From Podarcis gaigeae (Eukaryota), in assembly GCA_964106915.2 (NCBI GenBank), contig OZ066914.1: a stretch of 64,000 nt of DNA; one strand, written 5' to 3'. The translations under genes were made by a program, and so were the position numbers. The notes beneath the pieces were generated by a model, which had not been told where the DNA came from, searched no databases, and saw only the letters and a list, made by a program, of their open reading frames with translations. Shown here in pieces: positions 62,781-64,000 of the stretch (position 1 is its first letter; the number at the start of each line of letters is the position of its first letter).

Positions 62781-64000
62781 GCTTTAGCACAGCAAGTGTG
62801 GTGACAATTCCCACTAGGACAACACAGAGAGGAGGCATAGTTCTTACTCGCAGTTGCCTGACACTTATCCAAAGAACAAAACATGCCATGATCACTGCCC
62901 AACATGGTACAGCAAATGCAGAGCTATAACAAGAGGATGGAAAACTCTACTTAATGGAAAACGTCTTAAATCTCCTATGTTAAAATAGGGATCAACAAAT
63001 ATTGACGGCTTACCAAACTTCTATCTGTCCTCATTAACCTCAATTCCCTCCACAAACCAAATCTTCTGGCACATGCAGAGAGGACATTGGCAGAGGCATT
63101 TCCTCTCAGTTGCACTGTGGCATGAAAAGAAAAACGGAACCTACAGAAATTTCCCTGCTTCCCCCCTTTTTTCAAACTGCTATTCATGTCAGAAGGAGCT
63201 CCACTTTCACCCCCAAGCTTCCTAAATGCAGTGAGAACAAATGGCTTCAATGAGAGGTGGAGATTTTTGTCAGTTGCACGGAAATTTCAATAAGAAAACA
63301 GCTGGAGTCCTTCCTGTTCCTTAACTTACCCAAGCCTCCCTGCAAGTGAAACAAGATTCTGTCTCTCCTGAGACCTCCAGAATGTGCAGAGAGCTTAGAA
63401 GAGACACTGTTTTCTCTCACTTGTGGTGCAGTTTGCACAAGAATCTGCACGGCAGAGTTTGTGGAGCTTACTGGGAAGCCTCATTAGAGGACTAGAGTTA
63501 CTTGCTTCTAGTGAGAACAGAGCAAACCTATGTTAAAATGAAGCACAGCCAATACAGTACAGGACGTTCTGCACTAACTAGTGCAAGGATTAACAGGGGT
63601 CCCCCTCCCACTCCTCCTCCCTGCATGCCTCCTGTGCCATCCTTAAAATCTGCTTGCACTGGTGGGGTGGAGGTGGACAGGACATATTCTGCTGCACAAG
63701 AATAAATCCTTGCCCTGATGGAATGTTCACCGTAGTGCTATATTGAATACTGTACAACCATAAAGTGGGGAGTAGTGAAAGGTTCTTGGTGACTTATAAA
63801 CGCTGAACATCTAATAGTGAATAAATGGTTATACAGAACTCCGTTCCTAAAATTTAAAACAAAGAAACTGATCAATAGTGGAAATATCTTTGATCTCAGT
63901 GAGTCAGCTGCCTACACAGGAAAACTGTTCTTAATCTTAGGTGCTGTGACACCAGAGGCGGGGAGATTATCTTCTTACTTGTCTAGGAGCCCCTTGACTG

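Noticed and set aside
63014-63114. Minus-strand AG/GT-bounded 101-nt segment with faint similarity (LMRTDR) to the expected next PPFIA1 exon
   Set aside because: Wrong length and phase, with an immediate stop in the required frame. The true upstream exon probably lies beyond the window; a poison exon cannot be supported without RNA data.

Overview
Vertebrate nuclear DNA, most likely from a lacertid or other squamate lizard (Sauria/Squam1 SINEs, CR1 and L2 LINEs, many hAT and Tc1/mariner MITEs). It covers the conserved SHANK2-CTTN-PPFIA1 block. The + strand carries the last intron, the terminal SAM-domain exon (9145-9718) and the long 3' UTR of SHANK2. The - strand carries the complete cortactin gene CTTN (16 coding exons, 48360->24544, 1683 nt = 560 aa + stop, CpG-island first exon near 51.9 kb) and the 3' end of PPFIA1/liprin-alpha1 (two coding exons plus a 3'-UTR exon). 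Most ORF-track entries are noise or LINE fragments. The strongest hunting signals are splice switches that would toggle interaction modules: a candidate neural 27-nt stop-containing SHANK2 microexon (SAM-less isoform), a GC-donor cortactin-repeat exon, and an Rbfox-flanked PPFIA1 exon whose skipping would replace the VRTYSC PDZ ligand with a tail ending KSTL. Also notable are a Pro-Val expansion in cortactin and a 183-nt intronic palindrome. Comparisons with human proteins and repeat consensuses are from memory, not from alignments.
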